Source: Batkoa obscura
Taxonomy: Eukaryota
Direction: 5' to 3'
DNA length: 64,000 nucleotides
Assembly: GCA_030770535.1 (NCBI GenBank)
Contig: JASVEC010000029.1
Span: 496,001-560,000, forward strand
The number at the start of each line of letters is the position of its first letter. Position 1 is the first letter of the stretch. Both the position numbers and the translations under genes were made by a program. The notes under the pieces are model-generated. The model saw only the letters and a list, made by a program, of their open reading frames with translations, was not told where the DNA came from and did not search any database. Of the stretch, positions 38,179 to 49,955 are shown one piece after another.

Positions 38179-38571
38179 GAAGAAAGGGAAGGATGTGTTA
38201 TTAGATAAATAATTTTATTTATTTAGTAAATAAATAAAAAAGTATTTTTAGAAATTTAAAATATATTGGTTATGTGTTTTTTTAAAATAGAATATTTACA
38301 ATAGAAATAAAATATTTAATTAATATTAAAATTAGTTAATATCAAGTATTAAAGAAATAGTTTTTTTTATAAATTTGAGTTTATAACCTTAAGCTTTTTA
38401 AATATTAATTCATAAAATTAATCAATTTATTAATCCAAGGTTAACAAATAACTTAAATTTCTCACAAATAATATTAAAACCAATCAAAATTTCAAATCGA
38501 ACTTTTACGTGGCAAAATAAAAGCACAAAACTTAGTTTACAATTTTTAAATTTTATTATTATAATTAAATC

Positions 38572-40532
38572 ATGGTAACAACTAGCTGACTATGAATTCA
38601 AGCAAAACTAACTATTAACTTAGGTTGTTTTAGCTGCATCTTTATGTACCGCCAGTGGAAAAGGTAACCAAGATATTGGCGTAACATAATAATTCATTAA
38701 TGTGTATATTAGTACTTGTTTCACGTCAGTTTGTAGAAGTACCTAAGTCTAGAATCGAAGGTTTATTGAGCGCATTTCCAAAATTAACCGGTAGTGGATC
38801 TCAACATACGATTATAGAAACGGATAATATACGTTATGTATATCAACCCATGGATAATTTATTTTTGATCTTACTAACCAATCGACAATCAAATATATTA
38901 CAAGATATAGAGACTTTAAGATTAATGGGACGAGTATTTAATAAAATTTGTCACTCTACAGATGAGGATAAAGTTTTAGAAAACAGTTTTGATTTATTAT
39001 CTGGTTTTGATGAGATTGTTAGTTTAGGTTATAGAGATTCGGTAACTTTAGCTCAGATTTCTAATACTATTGAAATGGAATCTCATGAAGAACGTATTCA
39101 AGAGATTATTGCTAAGGTAACGATTTCTTATTAGTACTAAAATAAAAAACTTATAAATTTTTATTTTAGAATAAAGAAAAAGAAGCTAAAGAAATGATGA
39201 GAGAAAAGATTAAACTTATGGATGAACAAAGAAAGAGAGATGCTTTAGCCAATAGAGAAAAGCCAAATAATTTATCTAGTTCTAATCAAGGTGGTTATAA
39301 ACCAGTACAAACGGATATCACACCTTCAAAAATGACCAATTATGAACCAGTTACTAAAAAGAAGTAATTGATTAGTTTAATGTCCTTTAAAATTAAAATT
39401 AATGTAATTTAAGGTCTTCTGGAAGTGGTATGAAATTAGGAAGTAAAAATAAAAGTAACAAAGTCATATCTTCTATTCAACCGGAAATTGAAATGGATGA
39501 TTCATACGGTCAAAATGAGATTAATTATGAGGATCAAGAAGAGTAAGATAGATTATAATTGATTTTATTTATAAATTAATTTTATTTTTTTAGTATTCAC
39601 TTTAAATTTGAAGAAAAAGTATATGCTAAATTGAGTCGAGATGGAGGTATTCATTCTATGGACTTAAGAGGAGAACTTTCAGTTATGGTTCATAATGAAG
39701 CATACTCTTTTATTAAAGCTAGTTTAGGAGTACCAAATCAAAGTGATTATCAATTTATGGTAAATTTATTTTTTAATAATTGAAAAAGGAGTTTGAATAA
39801 ATTAATATATTATTTTTATTTATTAGACAAACCCTAAAATGGATAAAAATATTTTTAATAATGATTATACATTAACACTTAAAGATCAAAATCGTGGTTT
39901 CCCAGTAAATCAATCAGTTGGTATTTTAAAGTGGAAATTGGAAAATAAGAGTAGTAATAAATTACCTTTCTCAGGTAATTGTTGTTATTAATTTCAAAGT
40001 AATATATAATATAATTTATAGTTACTTGTTGGGTATCACCTTCCAATAACAATAGTTGTGATATCACAATTGAAGTTAGAAGAGAAGATAATAATGTAGA
40101 AATCAATGATTTCATCTTTAGTATCCCAATTCTGTAAGTTAATTTTATTACTTAAATTTCATTGTTTTTATTAACTCTTATTTAATAGTAGTGGAGATGA
40201 ACCTGAATTAGGAGAATATCATGGTGATTGTAGCTTTTCCGATGATTCTTGTTTAGTATGGCAACTTCCTTCCCTCAATGAAGAGCAAAGTGAATGTCAG
40301 CTTGAATTTAATGCCCCATCTGATGATCAAGGTGAATCTTTCTTCCCTGTTTCGCTAGAATTTATTTCAAACCAATTGATTTCAGGGTTGAATGTAAGTA
40401 TTTTTGTATTAACTGTGATTTATTTATTTATTGTTTAATTAGATCACTGAAGTAATTTCAAATGAAACTCAAGATTCAGTTGCCTATTCTCAAGAAACAG
40501 TAGTTTATGCTGAAGATTGTTCTATTGTTTAA
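38572..40532 (+). CDS. RET2: Coatomer delta subunit; multi-exon (first coding exon is ATG only)
   Basis: M-VVLAASLCTASGKVLVSRQF...RIEGLL.AFPKL, RYVYQP, SNILQDIETL, MESHEE; mu-homology domain (SRDGG, FPVNQSVGILKW, FFPV). Confidence 0.95.
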
Positions 40533-40762
40533 AATTATTGTTGAATTCTCTTGAAATAAATTCCAGTATATTATTGGGATTAAAATTTAATTATTACTAC
40601 TTTTATAAAATCAAAATTTCTATTTTATAATAATTTAAAATTATATTAAATTTAACAAGCTTTTATTAAATTACTATGTCAAATTCAGCTAACTACAAAA
40701 ATAGAAAATATGTGTCTCAGGATAAAGCATCGTCAAAAATGCATAAACAGAAAGTAAACCCT

Positions 40763-42914
40763 TTAATCAATCTTAATGGACCTATAAATTTTTCTAACAA
40801 ATAATAAGCAAGCTATAAATCCAGCAGAACCTAATAAAATAAAAAAATCAATACCAAATGAATAAATAATCATCAAACGATTTACCCGTAATTAAAAAAG
40901 TAAACACAGACACAATAATAGACCAACCAAAATAGATAACAATAGAAGAAAACGAATCCAATTGTAGCCTAGTAAAAAAATATAATATAGATAATAAAAA
41001 CACATAGAATGCCGATGCACCAGCAGTAAAATAAGATCGCCACCACCAATGATAATTTTCAGAACATAAATGAAAGTAACATAATAATATACTAACTTGA
41101 GAACAAGTTAATATTAATATTATAAATACTAAAAACAAAAACCCAAAAATATAATATAACCGATGGAACCATAATGAGTTCATGATAAAATATAGTTCAA
41201 GGAAGATTGCACCAAAAGGGAGGATACCACCCACTAAAATGGTTGGGACTAGTTTGAGGTACATTGGCTGGGCTGGGATCTGACGAGGAATTTGGTTTGT
41301 ACGTACTTGATGAGTAATTCTCTAAATTTAAGGGCTTAATATAAATAACAGAACTATGATACAATATATACTTACAGGCTTCTTAAATCCAAGATAAGAA
41401 CCAAATAAGGATAAAGGTATTGAAATTAAGAACCAAAGGGTAATCATAGTAAACATGGTACTAAAAGGAACAGCAGCTGAAGAACCAGATCCAATCAAAA
41501 AGAAATTTAATAAAATAAATAAGGTAAAAATGATTCTATTTAAGGCAAAAGTAAATATTAATTTGTATTAAAAAACGAATTGAAATAAACTTACCCTGGA
41601 AACAAAATAGCAGTTAATATCATATTTGTTTTAAGATTCTGGCCTTGAAACATTTTGTATAATCTTGATGATGTATAACCAGAAATTAAACCAAATAGCA
41701 TATATAATACCACCATACAGGTAACTAAAGATCCTCGCATTGTTGGTGTAAGGAATCCTAAAGTGGCAAATACTAAAAATTATATTAATATATTTTTTTT
41801 AATGCCATTGTTATTTATTACCTAAAGTTACAAATGCCATTCCTAGTAATTGTAACCCATTTCCTACCATAATAGATAATAACATCGAATGTGATGGGTT
41901 TCTAAACACATCTCCGTGCACTAATTTCCAACCAAAATCTTCCTGGATGTCCTCCTAAATGATTAATCATAGTTAAACATAAACTCAAATATTACAAAGT
42001 TAAACCTAAATTACCTGGGTTTCAATTTGATTATACCTTGAAATATCTTTATGTAATGCTCTCAATAGAATCATAGCTACCATACCAGTTAAAAATAATA
42101 CAATTACCGACGAATTAATCAATGAAAACCAGTGAATTGTTGAGTCTGGAATCTTCAAATAAGCATCCCATCTTGTAGCCCAAGGCGTCTCCGAATACTC
42201 CCATCCAACTGAATAAGTGAACAATACCTTCTTATTAACCAACGTACTACTCAATCTTAAGCTCTCTTTTACGTTACAATCTGGTACTCCATCTTTTAAT
42301 TTGGTAGCTTTACTCTTTGGATATACTTGTGCTCCGACCACTCTATAATTTTCATAATCAGTGGTATGATATTGGATAATGATATCAAAGTGGTTATAAA
42401 AGGTGGGGATGTTGTTATTATTTGCTTCACCAATGGTAAACCCGATTGAGTATAGGCTGTTTGAATTTGAGTCTTTAGTCGTATCATGAGATACTGGTAA
42501 GCCATCGATCAACCAATCGTGAGCATAATGTTCTTTGATTTTTTTATTAATGAATTCTCCGTCTATAGCTGGTATCTCTTTTTCACAAAGTAATCTACAG
42601 GTGCTGTTGCTTAGCATATTGATCTCATAAGGCGAAGAATATAATCGATCACCAAATAAAACGGAACCTAAATTTTCACTCTTTAATTCTTTGACTTTAG
42701 GTTCACAGAAATGGAATTCGGGTTTGTAATAACTTAAAGGTAATACCGAACGTAATTTTTGATCCCGTTTACTGATGATAGGTTGTAAAGCGTTGACCAC
42801 TAATTCTACTTTATCCCCTTCTTTATAGTTTTGCGGGTTTAAGCCTGGAAGATAGAAGGCATTTGTTGACGGTAGCACCGCTAATAAGCTTACTACTAAG
42901 TTTTTGAGTTTCAT
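40763..42914 (-). CDS. Nonaspanin TM9SF/EMP70 family protein; multi-exon
   Basis: AFYLPG, ENLGSVLFGDR, IHWFSLINS, GWKLVHGDVFR, NQIPRQIP, GILPFGA, ENYHWWWRS and C-terminal KID. Confidence 0.96.
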
Positions 42915-43429
42915 GGAGAAATAGAAATATTTGTTAAGGTTGTTCGTCACTGTTAATAAATTAAAAATTCATTTATTTACGGCCAATCATTAAGCTTAAT
43001 TGTTAATTTCACCTTTTTTACTTTAAATTTTTCTATTGAGAATTAGCGGTTATAAGAACAATATGAAAAATGAGGTAATATTTTCTCAGCGTCTGTTCAC
43101 TTCTTAAGCTTGATAATCATAAAAACCATAGGCTAAACTAATAAATAATACTCATATTTCATATGGAGATGTCTCTTTGAGTTTTATTTACTTTTCCATT
43201 TTTTTATCTGGTACTTAGTGAAAAAATTGCTAATAAAATTTCTAAATAAAAAGACACATGCATCTGTTCCCATAGCAATATTATAAGTTAATCTCTTACC
43301 AAACTCCTAAAAGCATTAATGGCTTTTGTGTACTTGTTTTGAATTAAAATCCCCTACAAAAGTTTCAGCAACATTAAATGGAAAAATAATCAACTTTAAT
43401 CCTTTCCTTTTTATTAATTTTATTTCAAA

Positions 43430-45200
43430 ATGAAATTGAAGTTTGACCTATTTTATCTGATGTTATGTTAGAAGAGATCTTTAAGCTAGTGTGTCCAGAA
43501 GAATTGATAGATTTATGTTTTTTAAAAATATTTGTTTAGTATTGCAAGTAAAATAGTTAAGTATAGTTCTATTTATTCATTATATAACCAAAGAGACATC
43601 AATGAATATCGATTCTATCAAGAAAGATTTATCAAAAAAAATAGTGGGTTGATGAAACACACCAATATAAATAGTGATAAAACTAAATATTTAAATAAAT
43701 ACCCAAATTTAATATCCATAAACTACACACATATACCTGATACTAGTGAAAATGGCGATTGTATCGTTAATTGAGGGTTTGAAGTTGACAATGATTTCAA
43801 TTATACAAGTAGCAATAGCGATGATAAAAGTGATAGTGGGAGCGATAGGAATAGGGGTTATAATAACAATGACAACAGTGTTAACAGGGTAGGAGCCAAG
43901 AAGAGTAGGAACCCTTTTTTTTCCTGCCAATTTTTGCAAAATTTATTCCCTTTTATAGTTAAAGGAAGTGTTGATTGATAAAAACAATCAAGAAGCTTAA
44001 AAGTTTAAAAATAACCTGTATATGGGTAATATTAATGTTAAAGTTAGAGTTAGGGTTAGAAGAGCTAGGCAAGGTTAGGGCAGGGTTTAACTTTTAACTA
44101 GCTAGAACAGTCTAATCAGCTTCCGTTCACTTATTACCTAAAAATTGATTCTTTTCCAAAACAAATAAAAATTTGCAAAAAGATCCCTAACTTTTCTTGA
44201 CCACCACCAATTTCATAGTGGACGCGAACTCTCCATTATATCCATTCAATGAACACTTGAGCCAAGTTGAAGTGTTTGGATATTATAGTTCTGATGCAAC
44301 AATTAAATATACTACATGATATTTGAATCCAAATAAATTGAAGTCACTTAAGATAGAGGTATATGAGCAATTTGCAATTTGGGGATTAGATGCAACTAAA
44401 GCAAAGTTTAAGAAATTAGAAGTATTAATAAAAGCCACAAGATTTATTGGAGATTTTAATGAAATTAATTCATATACATACTTAGCTGCTAACTTAGATT
44501 TGGAAATTGCGTGTTTTTTTGATGATTCTATTTTTGATTATCTTCGAGACTTGAGACATTTAAAAAGCATAAAATTAATAAATTTTACCAGCTCCTATTT
44601 TACTGCTAAGAATAAAATTTTTAATATAAGCAATTGACAGGAAATGTTGTCACTTTAGGTTGCTTTGAAATTGGTTCTGTAATCAATCCCAATTATTTGA
44701 GATTAGAGACTTTAAGACAAGTTCGTCTTAGCCATTTATTAAGAGAGGTATTAAAGTCTATTTTTTAAAATTTCAAACATCCAGTCTGTTCATTAGATTT
44801 TGTAACTTCGAATGACAGAGAAACATTTGATAGAGATAATTTAGACCTACATGGTTTTTATAAGACGCGAAACGATTCAACTAAATGCAATTTTATAAAA
44901 CAAATTAAAGTAAATAATTTTGAAACTAGTTTCGAAGAGTTTCTATATTTCTTAACCTTTTTCCTAAACCTTGAAGTGCCCAAGACAACCCTTCGATTTT
45001 CTTTAACGAAAGTATCTAACAAGTGATTACAGTCTTACCTCTCCTTTACTATTTATTACGCCTACCACAACTTTTGAAGATGTAGCAGTTTTTGACAGGT
45101 TAGGAGCAATTCCAATGTTAATTTGGATGAAATCAAAATTGACCAGCTATCAAAAATAAATTATTTGTTGGCATAGCACATTAGTGTTATTGTTTAAACG
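43430..45200 (+). pseudogene. Degenerate F-box/LRR-like gene with frameshifts, stops and an internal insertion
   Basis: F-box-like EEIFKLVCPEELIDLCFL near the start. LRR-like fragments (KLKSLKI, LRHLKSIKL, FLTFFLNLE) occur in different frames with stops. Confidence 0.45.
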
Positions 45201-45656
45201 CATGGTTAGTATATAGGATTTTTAACATTTAAATAGCTTCAATATATTGTATAAACTTCCTATCATACTTGAAAACGACAGCTAAAAAAGTAGTAGAATA
45301 TTAAATGAATTGATTAACATTTCATTAGTGCTAAATATCTGTCATTTCAACTGTTGTTTGTAACAACGAATCGCTTCGTATATATTTAATTCGTTTATTG
45401 GTACTACTAATATAAGAACAAACATAAAACTCATTCATTTATAACACCACTATAGGTTTATTCTATCAAATATATTAGTTTATTAATTTAGTCTAAATAA
45501 AACATAACTCTTTTAATTCTTTAAAACCAATAATTCGTAAATTTCAAGTTTAAAAAATGAACAAAAAGTTGAAAGCATTAAGGGATCCCCATAGTAAATA
45601 ATAGAAGCAAATAAAACCTGATTAAAAGTTATAAATTCTTACTTTTTATTAACCAG

Positions 45657-46764
45657 CTATCCAACACACTTTGATAAATCCTCTGGAGGATATTTGTTTT
45701 GTAAAAACGTCATAATCCTTTTAATTGACTGTATCCATTTCCTTTGGGTTTCATCGTTAAGCACGTGAGCTATTTGATTGGAATGGATTTTTTCTCTACC
45801 ACTACGTTCATGGATACCAACCATAGTAACACCAATGGGCCAAGGTGCATTACCAATACTCAATCTTAAATAATAGTCATTGGCTTTAACATATTCTCTC
45901 TGTTTGAGTTGTATAGCGATATTGACAATATATTTCAACACATCCATATCTAGCGTTTTTTTCTTTAATTGTCTAAAAAAGGGCTTGATATAATCTGTTG
46001 TTTGCATCATTGTAGCTGCTGCTTTTTTTCCTCCTGCACTACGTTTCACTTCTTCTGAACGATTGGCTATATCCTGCTCCCATTCTTTTAAAGCTCGCTT
46101 ATAATAGATGTATACTAAACCATATGCTCGATCTGTATCGGTTCTTAACAAATCAACTGAAAGCTCCGAGGTGTCAATGTTTAAGTAAGAATAATCTTTA
46201 CTTTTTTTGCTATTTCCCTCTTTTTCCAAGTTTTGATTTTTAATGTCACTGTCAATGGCTTCTAAAATATTCATAAAATCATTACGCTGTCCATCTGTTC
46301 GCTCTTCAATGAGTTCTAAAGCTCTTAAACGTAAATGACGGTGACTGTCTGTTTCACCAAATAATCTGATTGGTTGATCTTTGCTCCTCAATCGACGGAT
46401 TACTTCTTCTTCAGGAAGTTTGGCTATAATGGAGTCTTGCTCTTCCTATAAGAATTAATTACTTGAATTTAATATTTTCGGGATTTTTTACCTCTTTTTC
46501 TTTTTCGTTTTCTGGTTCAGGTTGCTCATCTTTATCAGCTTGTTTCTGTTAAAATTAAATTTTAAATTATCTTTCGAATCAAATTCCTATTAAGCTTACT
46601 TTTGCTTTCTCACTCTCAAGTTTTTGTTGCTTTAAATACTCCTCTTCTTGAAGCTTATTTATATCTCCTTTTCTGAAATATTTTCTGCCTCCACTTTCTA
46701 CTTTGTTGATTTGGCGCTTCTTCTTTTCGATCTCTGATTTTAATAATTCGTTTAATGAATCCAT
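45657..46764 (-). CDS. PRP18: Pre-mRNA splicing factor Prp18; multi-exon
   Basis: PRP4-like motif RLRSKDQPIRLFGE; invariant loop YLRLSIGNAPWPIGVTMVGIHERSGREKI...HVLNDETQRKWIQ. Confidence 0.97.
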
Positions 46765-46850
46765 TTTAAATTTAACCAGGTTAAATTTTAAACTTAAATT
46801 TTGAGTTTATATAACCTTATTGGATGGCTTGTCCTTTTTTATTTTTTAAA

Positions 46851-48004
46851 ATGAAATCGAAATTAAAAGTCAAATTGAATTTTCAATTTAATAAATGTTA
46901 TACAACAGGAACAGCAACTAAACAGGGTTCAATAAATACTGAAACCTATTGTAATAATCTGGTGAGGTAATCAAACTTAATTTTACTAAAAAAATATATT
47001 AAAAGTTATTTAGAAATGGCGACTATGAACACTATCTAGTATCATTATTCACACCCAAGCTGGTGAGGGAAGGATATATGGCACTGAGGGCGTTTAACTT
47101 AGAAACAAGTACAATTAAAGACCAAGTATCTAATAGTAATATTGGGCAGATGCGATTTTTGTTCTGGAAAGAAACGATAGATAACATTTACAAAGTAAGC
47201 AAAAATATAAAGCAAAGTACATAGCGATTTAATTTAATATTAAGGGCAATCCGCCCCACCAACCAGTTGCTTTAGAATTATTTAAAGCCATCCAGTCATC
47301 GCCTTTATCCGCTACTTTTTTCAAAAAAGTGATAAATGAAAAAGTATTTTAACTATACATATAACATTATCATTTTTAGTTAATTTCAATTACAGGCCAA
47401 CCAATTTAATTCTGAACACTTCAATTCTATCGAAGATTTAGATGCCTATGGAGAAAATACAGCCAGCAGTTTACTCTACTTGCATGCAGAGCTCTTGGGT
47501 ATCAGAGATGGCAAGCTCGATCATATACTCAGTCACTTAGGCAAAGCAATCGCAATCACCAACTTAATACGGTCATTACCATATTACTTGAACAACAAAG
47601 AAATGATCATCCCATCACAAACGTTGGCTTTGAATATGGTTTCTCAACAGCAGATGTATCAAGCTTTTGAGAATAAAAAGATGACAGAAAGTATGAAAAA
47701 TTGTATCTTTGAAGTAGCTACCCGAGCTAATGACCATCTAATTACAGCAAATTCGATGATGAAAGATTATCAAGACAAACAACATTTAAAATGGGGGTTC
47801 CCGGCAGTGTTATCAGGAGTAAGTTATTATTTGAACTAATTTTTTATAGTTTATTTATGGCTTTTTTAGGTACCAACAGTTTATCTGTTGAAAAAAATGG
47901 AAGGGCTCGATTTCGATATTTTTGATCCTAGGTTTGCTCAAAGAGATTGGAGGCTGCCGTATTACCTTTGGAAACATAATCGTGGGATGACATTAGAAGT
48001 TTGA
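46851..48004 (+). CDS. NDUFAF6: Complex I assembly factor NDUFAF6 (squalene/phytoene synthase-like); multi-exon
   Basis: YCNNLVR..DYEHYL, ALRAFNLE, IGQMRFLFWKE, PPHQPVA, YGENTASSLLYL, SHLGKAIAI, FEVATRANDHL and DFDIFDP. Confidence 0.9.
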
Positions 48005-48588
48005 GTGATATAAAATAGAGCACTAAATAAAAGACTAGAACTCAATTTGTATTTTTTTATTTTTAGATTGAGTTGTGTTATATTCGTCTGTGTACTTTGT
48101 GATTTAGATTTTTTGGTGATTTAATTAACAGAATATTAGAACCTATAAAGAAACCCAGAAGCTGAGATAGCTGATCTCATAAAGGGTCTTGGGTTAGAAT
48201 ATTAACTAATTTCATTTAGATTGAGGCTAAATATGAAATTTTACAAAAATATATTGAGCTTGAAATTTTTTCTAACAAATAAATAAGGCACTCATGTGGG
48301 AGGTAGTTAGATTTATAAAACCTTAATGATAGAGAAATAACAAAAGTCTGGTGATTATTGAAGAAATTCATTATAACAAATATATATGATAAATTGCTGT
48401 TTTAATTCCGCCTACAAATGATAGATAAATAACAAAATAAAAATAAGTTTCTAAATGTATTTTGTATGTTAGATAGAGAGGAATATTTGTAGAAGTAAAG
48501 AAAAAACTATTTAAAATCTTTTTAATATAGCAAGGATAAAAATCCACAGAAACTCAGTGATAAAATAATATTTATTTGAACATAAGAA

Positions 48589-48683
48589 GGGGATGTATTT
48601 TTGTGTTTAAGAATTTTACTAACAATTTTTCCGCTCAAATAGTGCTCAAAACATGGAAAGTGATGAAATCAAAAAACACCCCC
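48589..48683. mobile_element. MITE family 1 (reverse)
   Basis: ggggatgt...acaccccc plus the family core. Confidence 0.85.
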
Positions 48684-49337
48684 ATATGTATTAATTTAAA
48701 CCCAAGATTCAACTTTTTTCCAGTATTGATTTATTATTAAAAATGTAGATTAAGTTTAAATGTTATAATTGCCAATGTTTTTTAATTTAAAATAAAAATA
48801 AAAATAAAAATAAAAATAAAAATAAAAAATGTCTTTAATACATTATTAAACACTAATTTTTTTAATTTAATGTTGGATAAAAAAGGAACAGCAGTGAAAC
48901 AAAAAAGACATTCTTATATCAATTTGTAAATTAAATTCTAATTAAGCTGGATGATTTTATCTTTAGCTTTAACCAAATATTTTAATAAAGTACTAGAATT
49001 CATAAGAGTTTTATTAACAAAATAAGCTAATTGATGAATTTCTGAAACGAGGACAACGGTCATAGGATAAACTTTTCTCCATTTTTATTTAGCTAACTGG
49101 GATTTTTTATCTGAGTTTCAATGTACAGATATTATAATAAACAATTTTATATGTAATGTATATCCACTTAAATTTTATTAATAATTATATTCAATAATAA
49201 TATTAAGACTAAAATAATTAAAAGAGAGGGAAGAAATCAAGAATATCTAATATAAACAAAAAGATATAAATATTTTTTTTGTACAAACTACTATTTTAAA
49301 AACAATAATAAACCATGGCTTATGATTTATTAAATAG

Positions 49338-49514
49338 GTTTTCATATACTGGTAGTTTTCATGTGAGTAGAAAGGATTTTAAATATACAACTGCAACTGC
49401 TAAAAAAATCAATATTGAAATAAGCATTATTTTTAGATATAAAGAATACTTGCTGCTGCAACTAGTAACTCAATACTCTTTATGCGCATGAAAAACTACC
49501 ACCATATAGAAAAC
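49338..49514. repeat. Degenerate inverted-repeat element (possible third MITE family)
   Basis: Left arm gttttcatatactggtagttttcatgtg resembles the reverse complement of the right arm, gttttctatatggtggtagtttttcatgcg. Confidence 0.55.
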
Positions 49515-49955
49515 AACCCAATAATAGCATTTATTTGTATAATTTGTATTAGTTGTATACTTTAATTAATCAGCGGTAACTTTATTCACAGGATTAAGGC
49601 CTAAATCAAATCTTACAAAATTTTATCCTGGTAAAATAATGAAGCTATTAGACTATTTCTAAATATAGAAACTATTTAAAACTTTCAACCTCAACTAGCA
49701 TTATTAATATTCAATTAAAAGTCTATAATGGATACTATACAATGTATTATAATGATAAAAAAAACTACCCCCAATTCTCGGAACTACTATTTTGCAGTAA
49801 CAAACCCACTTGTTTTAAATTCAAATGATTGAAAGAAGATACAATGAATCTATTTATAATCTATCATCGTTTTAAAAAGGTATATAAACTCCTCTAATTT
49901 CACTAACTAAAAGTATCAAAAAAAACCAAATACTCCTTAATAACATATAACTAAT

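Noticed and set aside
38572..38574. ATG-only first coding exon in delta-COP
   Set aside because: Start-codon-only exons are common in conserved intron-rich genes and are not unusual.
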